Shown: piece after piece, positions 30,389-39,500 of the stretch
Layout of the letters: every line of letters starts with the position of its first letter
Numbering within the stretch: position 1 is the stretch's first letter
DNA from: a bacterium
Lineage (GTDB): Bacteria; CAIWAD01
DNA length: 64,000 bases
Direction of reading: 5' to 3'
Assembly: GCA_030429345.1 (NCBI GenBank)
Contig: JAUIFJ010000015.1
Coordinates: forward strand, 28,931-92,930
Notes under the pieces: generated by a model
Seen by the model: the letters and a program-made list of their open reading frames with translations, nothing else
Told to the model about the DNA's origin: nothing
Database searches by the model: none
Program-made: the position numbers and the translations under genes

Positions 30389-31393
30389 CTATCCTCCGAT
30401 GTAGGACATTTCGATGCGTTGTCCCTGCCCGGCGCTGCCGCGGCGCTCGGAATAGCGGTCCGAGCGGCGGCTCCACAGGCCCTGCAGAAGCTCGCGCAGC
30501 TTCCCGTCGTCCGCTCCCGCGCGCAGGGGAGTCTTGAGGTTGCTTCCCCGTGTGGCAAAGAGGCAGGTGTAGAGCACGCCCTCGGCGCTGAGGCGCAGCC
30601 GCGTGCAGTCGCCGCAGAAAGCCTGGCTCACGCTGGAGATCAGGCCGATCTCCCCGGCCCCGTCCCGGTACTTCCAGCGCCGGGCCACTTCGCCGCGATA
30701 GGCCGCCCCGACAGCCTCCAGGGGCCAGCGCTTCTGCAGGCGCTCGAGGATCTCCGCGGACGGAACGACGGATTCGCGGTTCCAGCCGTTGCTGTTTCCC
30801 ACGTCCATGAACTCGATGAAGCGCAGGGTTCGTCCTGTCTCACGGCAGTGTTCCGCCAGGGGCAGGAGGTCCTCCTCGTTGAGGCCGCGCTTGACCACCA
30901 TGTTGATCTTGACCGGTCCCAGGCCCGCTTCTTCCGCGGCGCGAATGCCTTCCAGCACATGGGAAACGGGAACGCCCACGTCGTTGATGCGCTGGAAGAC
31001 CTCGTCGCGCAGGGAGTCGAGACTGACCGTGACACGCTGCAGGCCCTGCCGCTTCAGCTGCTCCGCGTGACGGGGAAGCAGCAGGCCGTTGCTGGTCATC
31101 GCCAGGTCCAGGCCCGGCCGCGCCAGCATGCCGACCAGCGTGCTGCAGTCGTGGCGCAGGAGCGGTTCGCCTCCCGTGAGACGCACCTTCTGCAGGCCAA
31201 GCTCCTGCAGCAGACCGACCACCCGCGTGATCTCCTCGAAACTCAAGAGCTCCTTGCGCGGCAGGAAGCGATAGCCCTTGCCGAAGGTCTCGGCCGGCAT
31301 GCAGTAGCTGCAGCGGAAGTTGCAGCGGTCCGTCAGCGAGATCCGCAGATCCCGCAGGGGGCGCTCCAGGCTGTCCGTCAGGGTCGTTGTCAT
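30389..31393 (-). CDS. moaA: GTP 3',8-cyclase MoaA
   Basis: LRISLTDRCNFRCSYCMP, LTGGEP, FCGDCTRLR, C-terminal MSYIGG. Confidence 0.96.
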   Translation of the reverse strand: MTTTLTDSLERPLRDLRISLTDRCNFRCSYCMPAETFGKGYRFLPRKELLSFEEITRVVGLLQELGLQKVRLTGGEPLLRHDCSTLVGMLARPGLDLAMTSNGLLLPRHAEQLKRQGLQRVTVSLDSLRDEVFQRINDVGVPVSHVLEGIRAAEEAGLGPVKINMVVKRGLNEEDLLPLAEHCRETGRTLRFIEFMDVGNSNGWNRESVVPSAEILERLQKRWPLEAVGAAYRGEVARRWKYRDGAGEIGLISSVSQAFCGDCTRLRLSAEGVLYTCLFATRGSNLKTPLRAGADDGKLRELLQGLWSRRSDRYSERRGSAGQGQRIEMSYIGG

Positions 31394-31565
31394 GGCTTCC
31401 GTGTGTTCGTTGCCCTCTGCCGGCCCGGCCGGTCGCGATCCGCGCGAGCGGGCGCTTCATGGTAAGGCAATCCCGCTTCGAAATCGAGATCCGGCAAGCG
31501 CATTCAGCGACGGAGAAGAAAAACCGGATCTCTGGTGAAACCTCTTGCCAGGGACGAAATCAAAG

Positions 31566-31584
31566 TGATATCATGATGACATCA
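31566..31584. promoter_or_regulatory. Tandem TGATATCA/TGACATCA operator upstream of the SPFH-RHH operon
   Basis: Two 8-bp near-palindromes with an 11-bp period, 16 bp before the start codon. Confidence 0.55.
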
Positions 31585-31600
31585 ATCGGAGGATCTGGAC

Positions 31601-32470
31601 ATGTTGAAAGACATCGAACGTAAAGCGGCCAATGGGCTGCCGATTCTGCTGTTGTTCATTCTGGCGGCTATCGCCTGCTTCGTCGGCCTGATCGCCAGCG
31701 CCAGGGCCGATTTCGTGCCCGGCATCCTTGGTAGCCTGCTGACCCTCGTCTTCTTCATCCTGATGATGGCCGGCTGCTTCATGGTCAATCCCAACGAGAG
31801 CCGCGTGCTGCAGCTCTTCGGCCGCTACGTGGGAACGGTGCACGACCAGGGCCTGCGCTGGGCCAATCCTTTCTTCACCAAGCGCAAGATCTCGCGGCGC
31901 GTGCGCAATTTCGAGACCTCGAAAGTCAAGGTGAACGATGCCGGCGGAAACCCGGTCGAGATCGCCTGCGTGGTGGTCTGGCAGGTGGTCGACTGCGCCG
32001 AGGCCTGCTTCGAGGTCGATGATTTCGTCAACTATGTGCATGTGCAGAGCGAGGCCGCCGTCCGCAACCTGGCCACGGCCTACCCCTACGACAGCCATGG
32101 CGAAGACGTGCTCAGCCTAAGCGGCGACACGGGACAGGTCAGCCTACAGCTGCAGAAGGAGATCCAGGATCGACTGGACAAAGCGGGAGTCAACGTAATC
32201 GAGGCGCGCATCAGCCACCTGGCCTATGCCCAGGAGATCGCCGCCGCCATGCTGCAGCGCCAGCAGGCGGGGGCCGTCGTGGCCGCCCGCTCGAAGATCG
32301 TCGAAGGCGCGGTGGGCATGGTCGACATGGCCCTGGAACAGCTGAGCCGCAAGGAGATCGTCGAACTGGACGAGGAGCGCAAGGCGGCCATGGTCAGCAA
32401 CCTGCTGGTCGTGCTTTGCAGCGATCGCCACACCCAGCCGGTGGTCAACACGGGCACGCTCTACAACTAG
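31601..32470 (+). CDS. SPFH/band-7 domain membrane protein
   Basis: [47 protein letters not shown]. Confidence 0.92.
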   Translation: MLKDIERKAANGLPILLLFILAAIACFVGLIASARADFVPGILGSLLTLVFFILMMAGCFMVNPNESRVLQLFGRYVGTVHDQGLRWANPFFTKRKISRRVRNFETSKVKVNDAGGNPVEIACVVVWQVVDCAEACFEVDDFVNYVHVQSEAAVRNLATAYPYDSHGEDVLSLSGDTGQVSLQLQKEIQDRLDKAGVNVIEARISHLAYAQEIAAAMLQRQQAGAVVAARSKIVEGAVGMVDMALEQLSRKEIVELDEERKAAMVSNLLVVLCSDRHTQPVVNTGTLYN

Positions 32471-32473
32471 ATC

Positions 32474-32656
32474 ATGGCGAAACGGAAGGCATTCCTGCTG
32501 CGGCTGGATCCGCGGCTGCTGGAAGCCCTGCAGCGCTGGGCCGGGGATGATCTGCGCAGTCTGAACGCCCAGATCGACTACCTGCTGCGCCAGAGCCTGA
32601 AGCAGGCGGGACGCAAGCTTCCTGAAGCTGGCGAAAGCGAGGAAGGGAAAGAATAG
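32474..32656 (+). CDS. Arc/ribbon-helix-helix DNA-binding protein
   Basis: [10 protein letters not shown]...[17 protein letters not shown]. Confidence 0.88.
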   Translation: MAKRKAFLLRLDPRLLEALQRWAGDDLRSLNAQIDYLLRQSLKQAGRKLPEAGESEEGKE

Positions 32657-32709
32657 GAAGCGGTCACCTCGCGGCCATGGGATCGACACCTCTGCAAAGA
32701 GGAGGTCTC

Positions 32710-32814
32710 ATGCAGCAAAGACACAAACAGAAACCCTGCGACGGCTTTTGCCTTGTCGCGCAGCTCATCAGCCTGGTCGTCTTCCTGTGGATGGTTTCGA
32801 TCCAGCTGGCATGA
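32710..32814 (+). CDS. Small hydrophobic peptide (34 aa)
   Basis: GAGGAGG RBS; MQQRHKQKPCDGFCLVAQLISLVVFLWMVSIQLA*; terminator follows directly. Confidence 0.5.
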   Translation: MQQRHKQKPCDGFCLVAQLISLVVFLWMVSIQLA

Positions 32815-32815
32815 A

Positions 32816-32846
32816 AAAAGCCCCGTGCGCAGTGCACGGGGCTTTT
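32816..32846. terminator. Bidirectional intrinsic terminator
   Basis: AAAAGCCCCGTGC...GCACGGGGCTTTT. Confidence 0.8.
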
Positions 32847-32854
32847 GCGTTGTA

Positions 32855-32926
32855 TTGGCCTGCAGGGATTCGAACCCCGATTGCTGGAACCAGAATCCAG
32901 AGTCCTAGCCATTGGACGACAGGCCA
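32855..32926 (-). tRNA. tRNA-Gln(CTG)
   Basis: TGGCCTG/CAGGCCA acceptor stem, anticodon arm CTGGA-TTCTGGT-TCCAG, GGTTCGAATCC T-arm; CCA not encoded. Confidence 0.93.
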
Positions 32927-32979
32927 ATTGACAGAACGCAGATTATACCATTGCGGCAGCAAAAAGCAATGGGAGCCTT

Positions 32980-33279
32980 TCAGTCACCGAGCTTGTCGAG
33001 CCCGTCCTTGACATCCTTCGCCGTCTCGCCGGCCTTCTTGACCCCGTCGCGAACCGACTCGTAGGTCTCCTTGCCTTTCTCCTTCAGCGCCTCCAGCTCA
33101 TCCGGCATGGGCGTCCCGGTCATCTCGAACCAGACCAACGCGCCAATAAGGATCAAAAGCAGAAAGAGGGCCATCTTGAAGAGCTTCTTCAGCACGGCAT
33201 AGACGATCACGATCAGCAGGCCAATGGCAATGGCCAGCAGCATGGGGCTGCCCAGCACCTTGTCGATGAATGCTTCCAT
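32980..33279 (-). CDS. Small membrane protein (two TM segments plus charged tail)
   Basis: MEAFIDKVLGSPMLLAIAIG...; GAGGAG RBS. Confidence 0.7.
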   Translation of the reverse strand: MEAFIDKVLGSPMLLAIAIGLLIVIVYAVLKKLFKMALFLLLILIGALVWFEMTGTPMPDELEALKEKGKETYESVRDGVKKAGETAKDVKDGLDKLGD

Positions 33280-33333
33280 GGGAACGGGTTCTCCTCTGTG
33301 AGTAAGAAAGGTAGGATTCCCCCCCTCCCAAAC

Positions 33334-33356
33334 AATCGCTATCGGGATCGCTATCG
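33334..33356. repeat. Hexamer-periodic repeat, second copy
   Basis: Identical to 14072-14094. Confidence 0.7.
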
Positions 33357-33375
33357 CTACTTTTGCCCCTTGCAC

Positions 33376-34905
33376 ATGACACGATTGATCCGACACCTCC
33401 ACCCCATGAACAGCCCGTTGCCAGTGCTCCTGCTGGCGCTGCTGGTCCGGCTGCTTCACCGCCCCGGCTTCGTCTTCTCCGATGATGCCCACTATCTCTT
33501 CGTGGCACGCTTCGGGGAAGCGGCCTACGAAGGCTATCCGATCATGCCGCTGCGCGTGGCGCACATCGGCCTGCTGCGGTTCGCGGAAAGCCTCTTCGGG
33601 CCCGGCGACTTCGCCTGGACCCTGTTCCCGCTTCTCCTCTCTCTCCTGGCCGTCCTCGCCGTATACCGCATTGGGCGACTGCTGACGGGGCAAGCCGCGA
33701 CCGGCGCCTGGGCGGCCCTGCTGCTGGCGCTGGTCCCCGTGGAGGCCGTCATGGCCGGAACCGCCTTCGCGGATACGGGAGCGGCGGCCTGCATAGCGGC
33801 GGGCATCTGGCTGCTGGTCGAGAGCGAACACGGGCGACGGTGGCTGCTCTGGCCCGGGGCGCTGCTGCTCGGCCTTTCGCTGCTCTTCAAAATGATCGCC
33901 CTTTGGCTGCTCCCCCTGCTGGCGATCGCCCAGCTGGCGGCGTGGATCACGGAGCGCAGGGAAGCAAGACCCTTGAGCCTGCAGCCGGCCCTGTGGGCCG
34001 CGGGATGCGGCATCGTGCTCGTGCTCGCCGCGGAGGCCGCCGTATATCACATCGATCGCGGCGACGCCCTGCACCGCTTCCGCATGCAGGCCCTGAATCA
34101 CGAACTCTGCCCGGACGATTTCTTCAAACCCGGCAGCGCGCGGGGCTACGAGACCCCGGAGGACCGCGGCCCGGCCCTGGCGCGCCTGCTGCTGGAACGC
34201 AATCCGCGCTCCCTGTTGCTGCGCCGCACCTCCATGGGCCTGCCCCTGCTGGCCCTGCTGGCCATCGCGACGGTCGGCAGGCGTCGAGCCTGGCGCTGGG
34301 TCAGCCTGTGGTTTCTTGGCCTGCTGCTGCTTTTCTGGGGCGGGACGACCTCCTTCTCCTCCTGGCAGCCGCTACCCATGGACCTGCCCTGGTACATTCT
34401 GCCTCTGCTGGCCCCCGCTGCCCTGCTCGGCGGAGCCCTTCTGGCGGAGCAGAAAATGGCCCTGCAGCTCCCGGCTCTTTGCGGATTCGCCTTCCTCAGC
34501 GCGCACGGCAGCGGCCTGCTGCGCGACTATCTTGCCGTCGAAGACTGCAAGCGCCTGCGCGCCGCTTTCCAGGCCAGCGCGCCAACGACCGTTCACACGG
34601 ACGGCTTCAGCCTCTACGCCCTGCGCGTACTGGCCATTCCGGCGCTGGAAAGCCGCATCGGCTTTGAAGACACCCTGCTGACGGTGATGCCGGAAGGGTA
34701 TTTCCTGAGGCATCGCCAGAACCGCCGCGAATGGCGCGCCATGGGCCATCGCCTGCTCGAACCCCAGCCGGAATGGCCCCTGCAGCGAGTGGAAGGCGGA
34801 GCCGGCATGAGCTATTTGCGTTTCGGAGAAAAGGAGGACCCGCCATGGAACCCGTCCCTGCCGCGCTACCCCGGGCCCTGGACGAAAACGGACGACGATT
34901 GCTAG
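33376..34905 (+). CDS. GT-C fold (ArnT/GT39-like) membrane glycosyltransferase
   Basis: SDDAHY after the first TM segment, many TM segments, LGLSLLFK; start uncertain. Confidence 0.65.
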   Translation: MTRLIRHLHPMNSPLPVLLLALLVRLLHRPGFVFSDDAHYLFVARFGEAAYEGYPIMPLRVAHIGLLRFAESLFGPGDFAWTLFPLLLSLLAVLAVYRIGRLLTGQAATGAWAALLLALVPVEAVMAGTAFADTGAAACIAAGIWLLVESEHGRRWLLWPGALLLGLSLLFKMIALWLLPLLAIAQLAAWITERREARPLSLQPALWAAGCGIVLVLAAEAAVYHIDRGDALHRFRMQALNHELCPDDFFKPGSARGYETPEDRGPALARLLLERNPRSLLLRRTSMGLPLLALLAIATVGRRRAWRWVSLWFLGLLLLFWGGTTSFSSWQPLPMDLPWYILPLLAPAALLGGALLAEQKMALQLPALCGFAFLSAHGSGLLRDYLAVEDCKRLRAAFQASAPTTVHTDGFSLYALRVLAIPALESRIGFEDTLLTVMPEGYFLRHRQNRREWRAMGHRLLEPQPEWPLQRVEGGAGMSYLRFGEKEDPPWNPSLPRYPGPWTKTDDDC

Positions 34906-35159
34906 CGGACTACCTCAAGCGGGAACGACGCTCCTGGCTGCGCGAACTGGAAGTCCTGGGAGAGCAGCTGGCCTGTGAACTTGAAAGGGCAAGAGAGAGC
35001 ATGCCCGACGACGCGCCGCGCAGCGGAGGCGACCACTTCCTGTGGGAGGAGGAGAACCGCGAATTCGAGGCCCTGGCCGGCCTGGCTGGCCTGCAAAGCG
35101 ACCTGGAAGAGCGCCTGCGCCTGCTGCGCGCCGCGCTGGAGGAAGACCTTTCTTCCTGA
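34845..35159 (+). CDS. Hypothetical coiled-coil protein
   Basis: AAGGAGG RBS before ATG 34845; helical acidic sequence. Confidence 0.55.
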   Translation: MEPVPAALPRALDENGRRLLADYLKRERRSWLRELEVLGEQLACELERARESMPDDAPRSGGDHFLWEEENREFEALAGLAGLQSDLEERLRLLRAALEEDLSS

Positions 35160-35230
35160 TGTCGACGATTGCGCGCCATGAAAGAGGATCTTGTTTGCAA
35201 GGGTCTCCGATTCTATCTTCGGGGCTTCGC

Positions 35231-35303
<73 letters not shown>

Positions 35304-35311
35304 TGCAAAAG

Positions 35312-35338
35312 AAAGCCCGCCGATCGGCGGGCTTTTTC
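35312..35338. terminator. Bidirectional intrinsic terminator
   Basis: AAAGCCCGCC-GATC-GGCGGGCTTTTT between tRNA-Thr and aqpZ. Confidence 0.8.
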
Positions 35339-35391
35339 TCTCTTCGACGGAAAACTCGATCGACCAGCAATCGTCCAGGCGGGTTCGTGCC

Positions 35392-36078
35392 TCAGGATTC
35401 CTTGCCGATCCACTTGTAGACCGCGGCCCCCAGCACTCCACCGATGATCGGCGCGACCCAGAAGAGCCAGAGTTGCTGGATTGCCCACCCTCCTGCGAAG
35501 AGGGCGACACCGGTGCTGCGGGCGGGGTTGACCGATGTGTTGGTCACCGGAATGCTGATCAGGTGGATCAGCGTGAGACAAAGGCCGATGGCGATCGGAG
35601 CCAGCCCCGCCGGGGCCCGCTTGTCGGTCGCGCCCAGGATCACGATGAGAAACATCATCGTCAGCACGACCTCCGTCACCAGCGCGGCAAGAAGAGTATA
35701 GCCGCCCGGCGAGTGCTCGCCAAAGCCGTTGGAAGCGAAGCCCGCGCTGGCGTCGAAGCCCGCCTGTCCGCTGGCGATCACGAAGAGCACACCGCCTGCG
35801 GCAATGGCTCCCAGCACCTGGGACACGATGTAGGGCGCGAGTTCGCGGGCTTCAAAGCGCCCGCCAGCCCACAGGCCGATTGACACGGCAGGGTTCAGAT
35901 GACACCCGGAGATGTGCCCGATAGCATAGGCCATGGTCAACACGGTCAGGCCGAAAGCCAGCGAAACCCCCAGCAGGCCGATGCCCACTTCAGGAAACCC
36001 GGCGGCCAGGACTGCACTGCCGCAACCGCCCAGCACCAGCCAGAACGTTCCGAAAAACTCCGCTCCATATCGGTTCAT
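35392..36078 (-). CDS. aqpZ: Aquaporin Z
   Basis: [18 protein letters not shown], two NPA motifs (HLNPAVS, SVNPARS). Confidence 0.95.
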   Translation of the reverse strand: MNRYGAEFFGTFWLVLGGCGSAVLAAGFPEVGIGLLGVSLAFGLTVLTMAYAIGHISGCHLNPAVSIGLWAGGRFEARELAPYIVSQVLGAIAAGGVLFVIASGQAGFDASAGFASNGFGEHSPGGYTLLAALVTEVVLTMMFLIVILGATDKRAPAGLAPIAIGLCLTLIHLISIPVTNTSVNPARSTGVALFAGGWAIQQLWLFWVAPIIGGVLGAAVYKWIGKES

Positions 36079-36266
36079 GATTCGCTCCCGATGCTTGTAC
36101 AACTCTGTCTCAATGACCCAACTCACTGGAAAGTAAAACCTTCAACTGTCAATCATCATGTTAAAATCCAATGCCCTGACTCCTCAGCCGAATGCGCCGG
36201 GGCCCCGGCCGCTGCTGGATCTGAGTCGGGAGCGGGAAGGAAATCCGGCATGGAAATGGCGACAGC

Positions 36267-36367
36267 TGTCCTCTGGTGAGGACTTAAAATAACGGGGTTC
36301 AAAGCCATGCACTGTGAGTAGGAGCGTGCACGGCTTCTTTCTTCCCTTTCGTCCACCCCAACGGACA
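36267..36367. repeat. 101-bp double-box element, copy C
   Basis: TGTCC-tctggtga-GGACT...core...CTTTCGTCC-accccaac-GGACA. Confidence 0.9.
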
Positions 36368-36445
36368 CCGCCGCCAACATCCTGAACAACCCCATCACCC
36401 CACCAGGACACCCACCCAACCCGCTTCGCCCTTCATCCTTGAGAG

Positions 36446-36476
36446 AAAGCCCCCGCCGGCCGAAACCGACGGGGGC
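36446..36476 (-). terminator. Intrinsic terminator after giant paralog 1 (duplicated near 43183-43213)
   Basis: Minus strand GCCCCCGTCGGT-TTCG-GCCGGCGGGGGC-TTT. Confidence 0.7.
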
Positions 36477-36526
36477 CCGAGTTCAGGTCCCGGCGGGAAC
36501 CACGCCGGGAGCCTGGAAGATGCGTG

Positions 36527-39500
36527 TTACTTCATCAACATCATCTTGCGCACGTCGCTGTAGAGCGAGGCGCCGCCGTTGTCGGCGACCGTCACACGGT
36601 AGAAGTAGACGCCGCTCGCCAGCGCGCTGCCGTCGAAGCGGAACTCGTGCCAGCCCGCGTCCAGGCGGTCGTTCCACAACAGGGACTGCCGCTGGCCGAG
36701 CAGGTTGTATACTTCCAGCTTGACCTGGCCCGCCTGGGGCAGGGCCACGCGCAGCATGGTGCTCGGGTTGAAGGGATTCGGATAGTTGGCGCCCAGCTCG
36801 AAACGCTCCGGCAGGGCCGGTCCGCTCGCAACATCCGTGACGGCGCAGGGAGCCATGTAGTGCTCCACGGGATGCGCCAGGCCGTTGGTCGCGCCCAGGA
36901 AGACCGTTCCGTCCGTATGCAGGGCAATGCCGTGTACATCCTCCAGCCCGCTGGGACAGAAGTCGCCGCGCGGCTCCACCTGGCCGTTGCCCAGATCCAG
37001 GAAGCATTCCATGCTGCCCGTCGAGCGGTTGACCAGCAACAGCTGGTCGCTGCCTTCGTCGTAGTCCGCGCCGGCCGCGCCGGGCACGCCGCCGCTCCAG
37101 GGAAGCACTTCCGCGCTCAGGTCGACCGGGTTGGCGGGATCGCTGATGTCGATGCGCACCACCTCGTCGAAGCCGGCGTTGGAACACACGGCCCAAAGGA
37201 TCTCGCTGTCCGCGTCGTAGGCCAGGCCCATCGGCATGCGCCCCGTGCCTTCGGCGAGAATCGCCGGTTCGAAAGAGGCAATCGTCGAGCCGTCCGTGTT
37301 CTTGTGGCTGATGCCGGCCAGGTAGCTGACCCAGACCGTGTTGTCCCGGCTGTCCCAGGCGATGCCCTGGTAGTCGTGTCCGGCGGTCATCGCGGAAATC
37401 GTCGTCGCGGAGCCGTCCTCCGAGTCCTGCATCACGAAGCGGTTGACCGAACTGGCGTTCCAGAGAATCTGGCCGTCACCCATCCCTTCGCCGTCACTCA
37501 GGTTGACCATGCCGAAGAGGCCGTTGCCGGTCAGGTTCTGCGTGAGCTGCTCGATGTGGGTGCAGCTGGCCGCCGTCAGGAAACTGGCTTCGGCGAAGGC
37601 CGTTTCTTCGACCGTCGAGGTCACCGTGAAGACCGCCAGGTCGGTGAAGCTTTCCGGCTCCTCGGGTACGAAATGTCTCACGCCCAGGTTGAAGACCTCG
37701 TCATAGGCCAGTTCGGGAATCGCCGTGATCTCGGCCCAGGCGGCGTCTACATCGTGCCAGGTCACGTCCCAGATGTGTCCCTCGGACTCGATGCTGAAAG
37801 CGCTGGGGTTCTCGCCGCGATTCTCGACCTCGAAGGTATACTCCGCATACTCTCCGTTGACGCCCACGCCATCCTGCTCGGACGGATCGATATCGACGGC
37901 ATAGGGACCGCTGGGGCCGATCACATTGAAGCCGAACCAGACCGCGCTCTCCGGGGTAGGCATCCAGCCCTGGCTGTTGTAGTTGCACCAGAAACCCTGT
38001 GTGCCATCGGCGTTCTCCTGGCCGATGGTCGCCGAGAGCATGTCCAGGTCGTTCTCGAAGTTCTGGTAATTGATGCGCACGGCCTCCTCGTCGGGGTCGA
38101 GGATCACCTGGGCCGTAATACGACCGCTGGTCTGGCCGCCGGGGAATTCGGGCACGCCCAGGTAGTTGACCACGAACAGGCCGTCCTGCGTCCCGTACTC
38201 GATGGTGCCGTCATTGTTGCTGTCGGGGTCCAGGTCGTCCCAGAACATGGCGATCACCGCGTTCGGGGTCGAAGTATTCGGCAGTTGCTGGTTGCCCAGC
38301 GAATTCATGCCCGTCTCGGCAAAGCCGATCATGCCGTTGCTGCCGATCCAGACCTGGGTGTAATCCACGCCGTAGTGGTTCCAGGTGAAGCCGATATCGA
38401 AGGGGCCGGCGAAGCCGTCATCCGTGGCCGGGGCCGGGTTCGGGCTGTCCAGTTCGACCCAGTCGTACTCCACCTGGCCGTCGGCGTCCGTCGTGCTCCA
38501 GAAGTAGCCGTATTCGTCCGGACCGCCCTGGACCGGCACCACCGTCAGCGAGACCGTGGTCGCATCCTGCCGGCTCGGGTCCCCGCTGCTTGTCGCCGTG
38601 ACATCGAAGACGTACTGGATGTCCGCCGGCACCTCGGGAATGTCGAACTCCAGCTCGAATTCGAAGGCCTCCAAAGGCTGGACAGTCGGCGTCGTGTTGC
38701 CCGGTGTGCCGTTGATCAGCACCTGGACTTCCACGTCGCTCGTCCCGCTGGCGGCGATCACGAAGCTGTCCTCCACCAGGCCGTTGTTGGTGACGCTCAC
38801 CGGCACCGTGACCTGCGAATCCACACCGCCCGCCGTGTTCACGCCATCCTCCAGGACCGGGAAGTAGTCCGGCGGGGCGCCCAGGCTGAAGCGCACGGTC
38901 CACTGCGAGGCAGGCGGGAAGGGGTCATTGTTGTACAAAACGGTCAGGCCGTCGCTGCCGTCGCTGTTCTCGATGCCGATCGTGCAGCTGCTCAGGTCGA
39001 TGCCGTCGGCCAGCTGGTTGTAGTTATGGAACACATAGCCGCTCTCGAAATCGAAGACGGACTGTGCCACGACATTGCCGGGGCCGGAGGGGTATTCGAT
39101 CACCCCGTCGTAGGTCAGCACGAAACGCCCGTCCTCGTCGTTGCCGTAATACACCTGCCCGCCGTCCGCGGGATCCAGGTCGTCCCAGAACAGCGCCAGG
39201 CAGTTGTTCGGCGTACTCGGGTCGGGGAAATTCTCGTTGCCGAGGGAATTCAAGCCCAACTGGTCAAAACCGTAGACGCCGTTCGAACCGACGTATACAG
39301 AGGAATAGGGGTTGCCGTAGAAGCTGATCGTCCCGTTCATCTCGAAGGGTCCGCTGACCGAATCGTCGCCCAGGTCCGTGATATAGGTGCGATCCTCTTC
39401 CGGCAGATCGACCCAGAAGTAGTCCACGTCTCCACCCGCGCTGCTGATCCAGGTATTGCCCCAGGCGTCGGGGCCGCCGCCGGCGGCGTTGATCACGCTC

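Noticed and set aside
36285..36330. TAAC...GTTCAAAGC resembles the start of an integron attC site
   Set aside because: The spacing is wrong (3 rather than 5 nt), there is no complementary GTTRRRY end, and no intI is present.
36156..36419. Recurring short ORFs (CTLLLTVHGF / ARSYSQCMAL) at 2895, 36156, 36184, 42761, 42886 and 57442
   Set aside because: They are translations of the conserved DNA core in two frames, with no shared start, stop or RBS.
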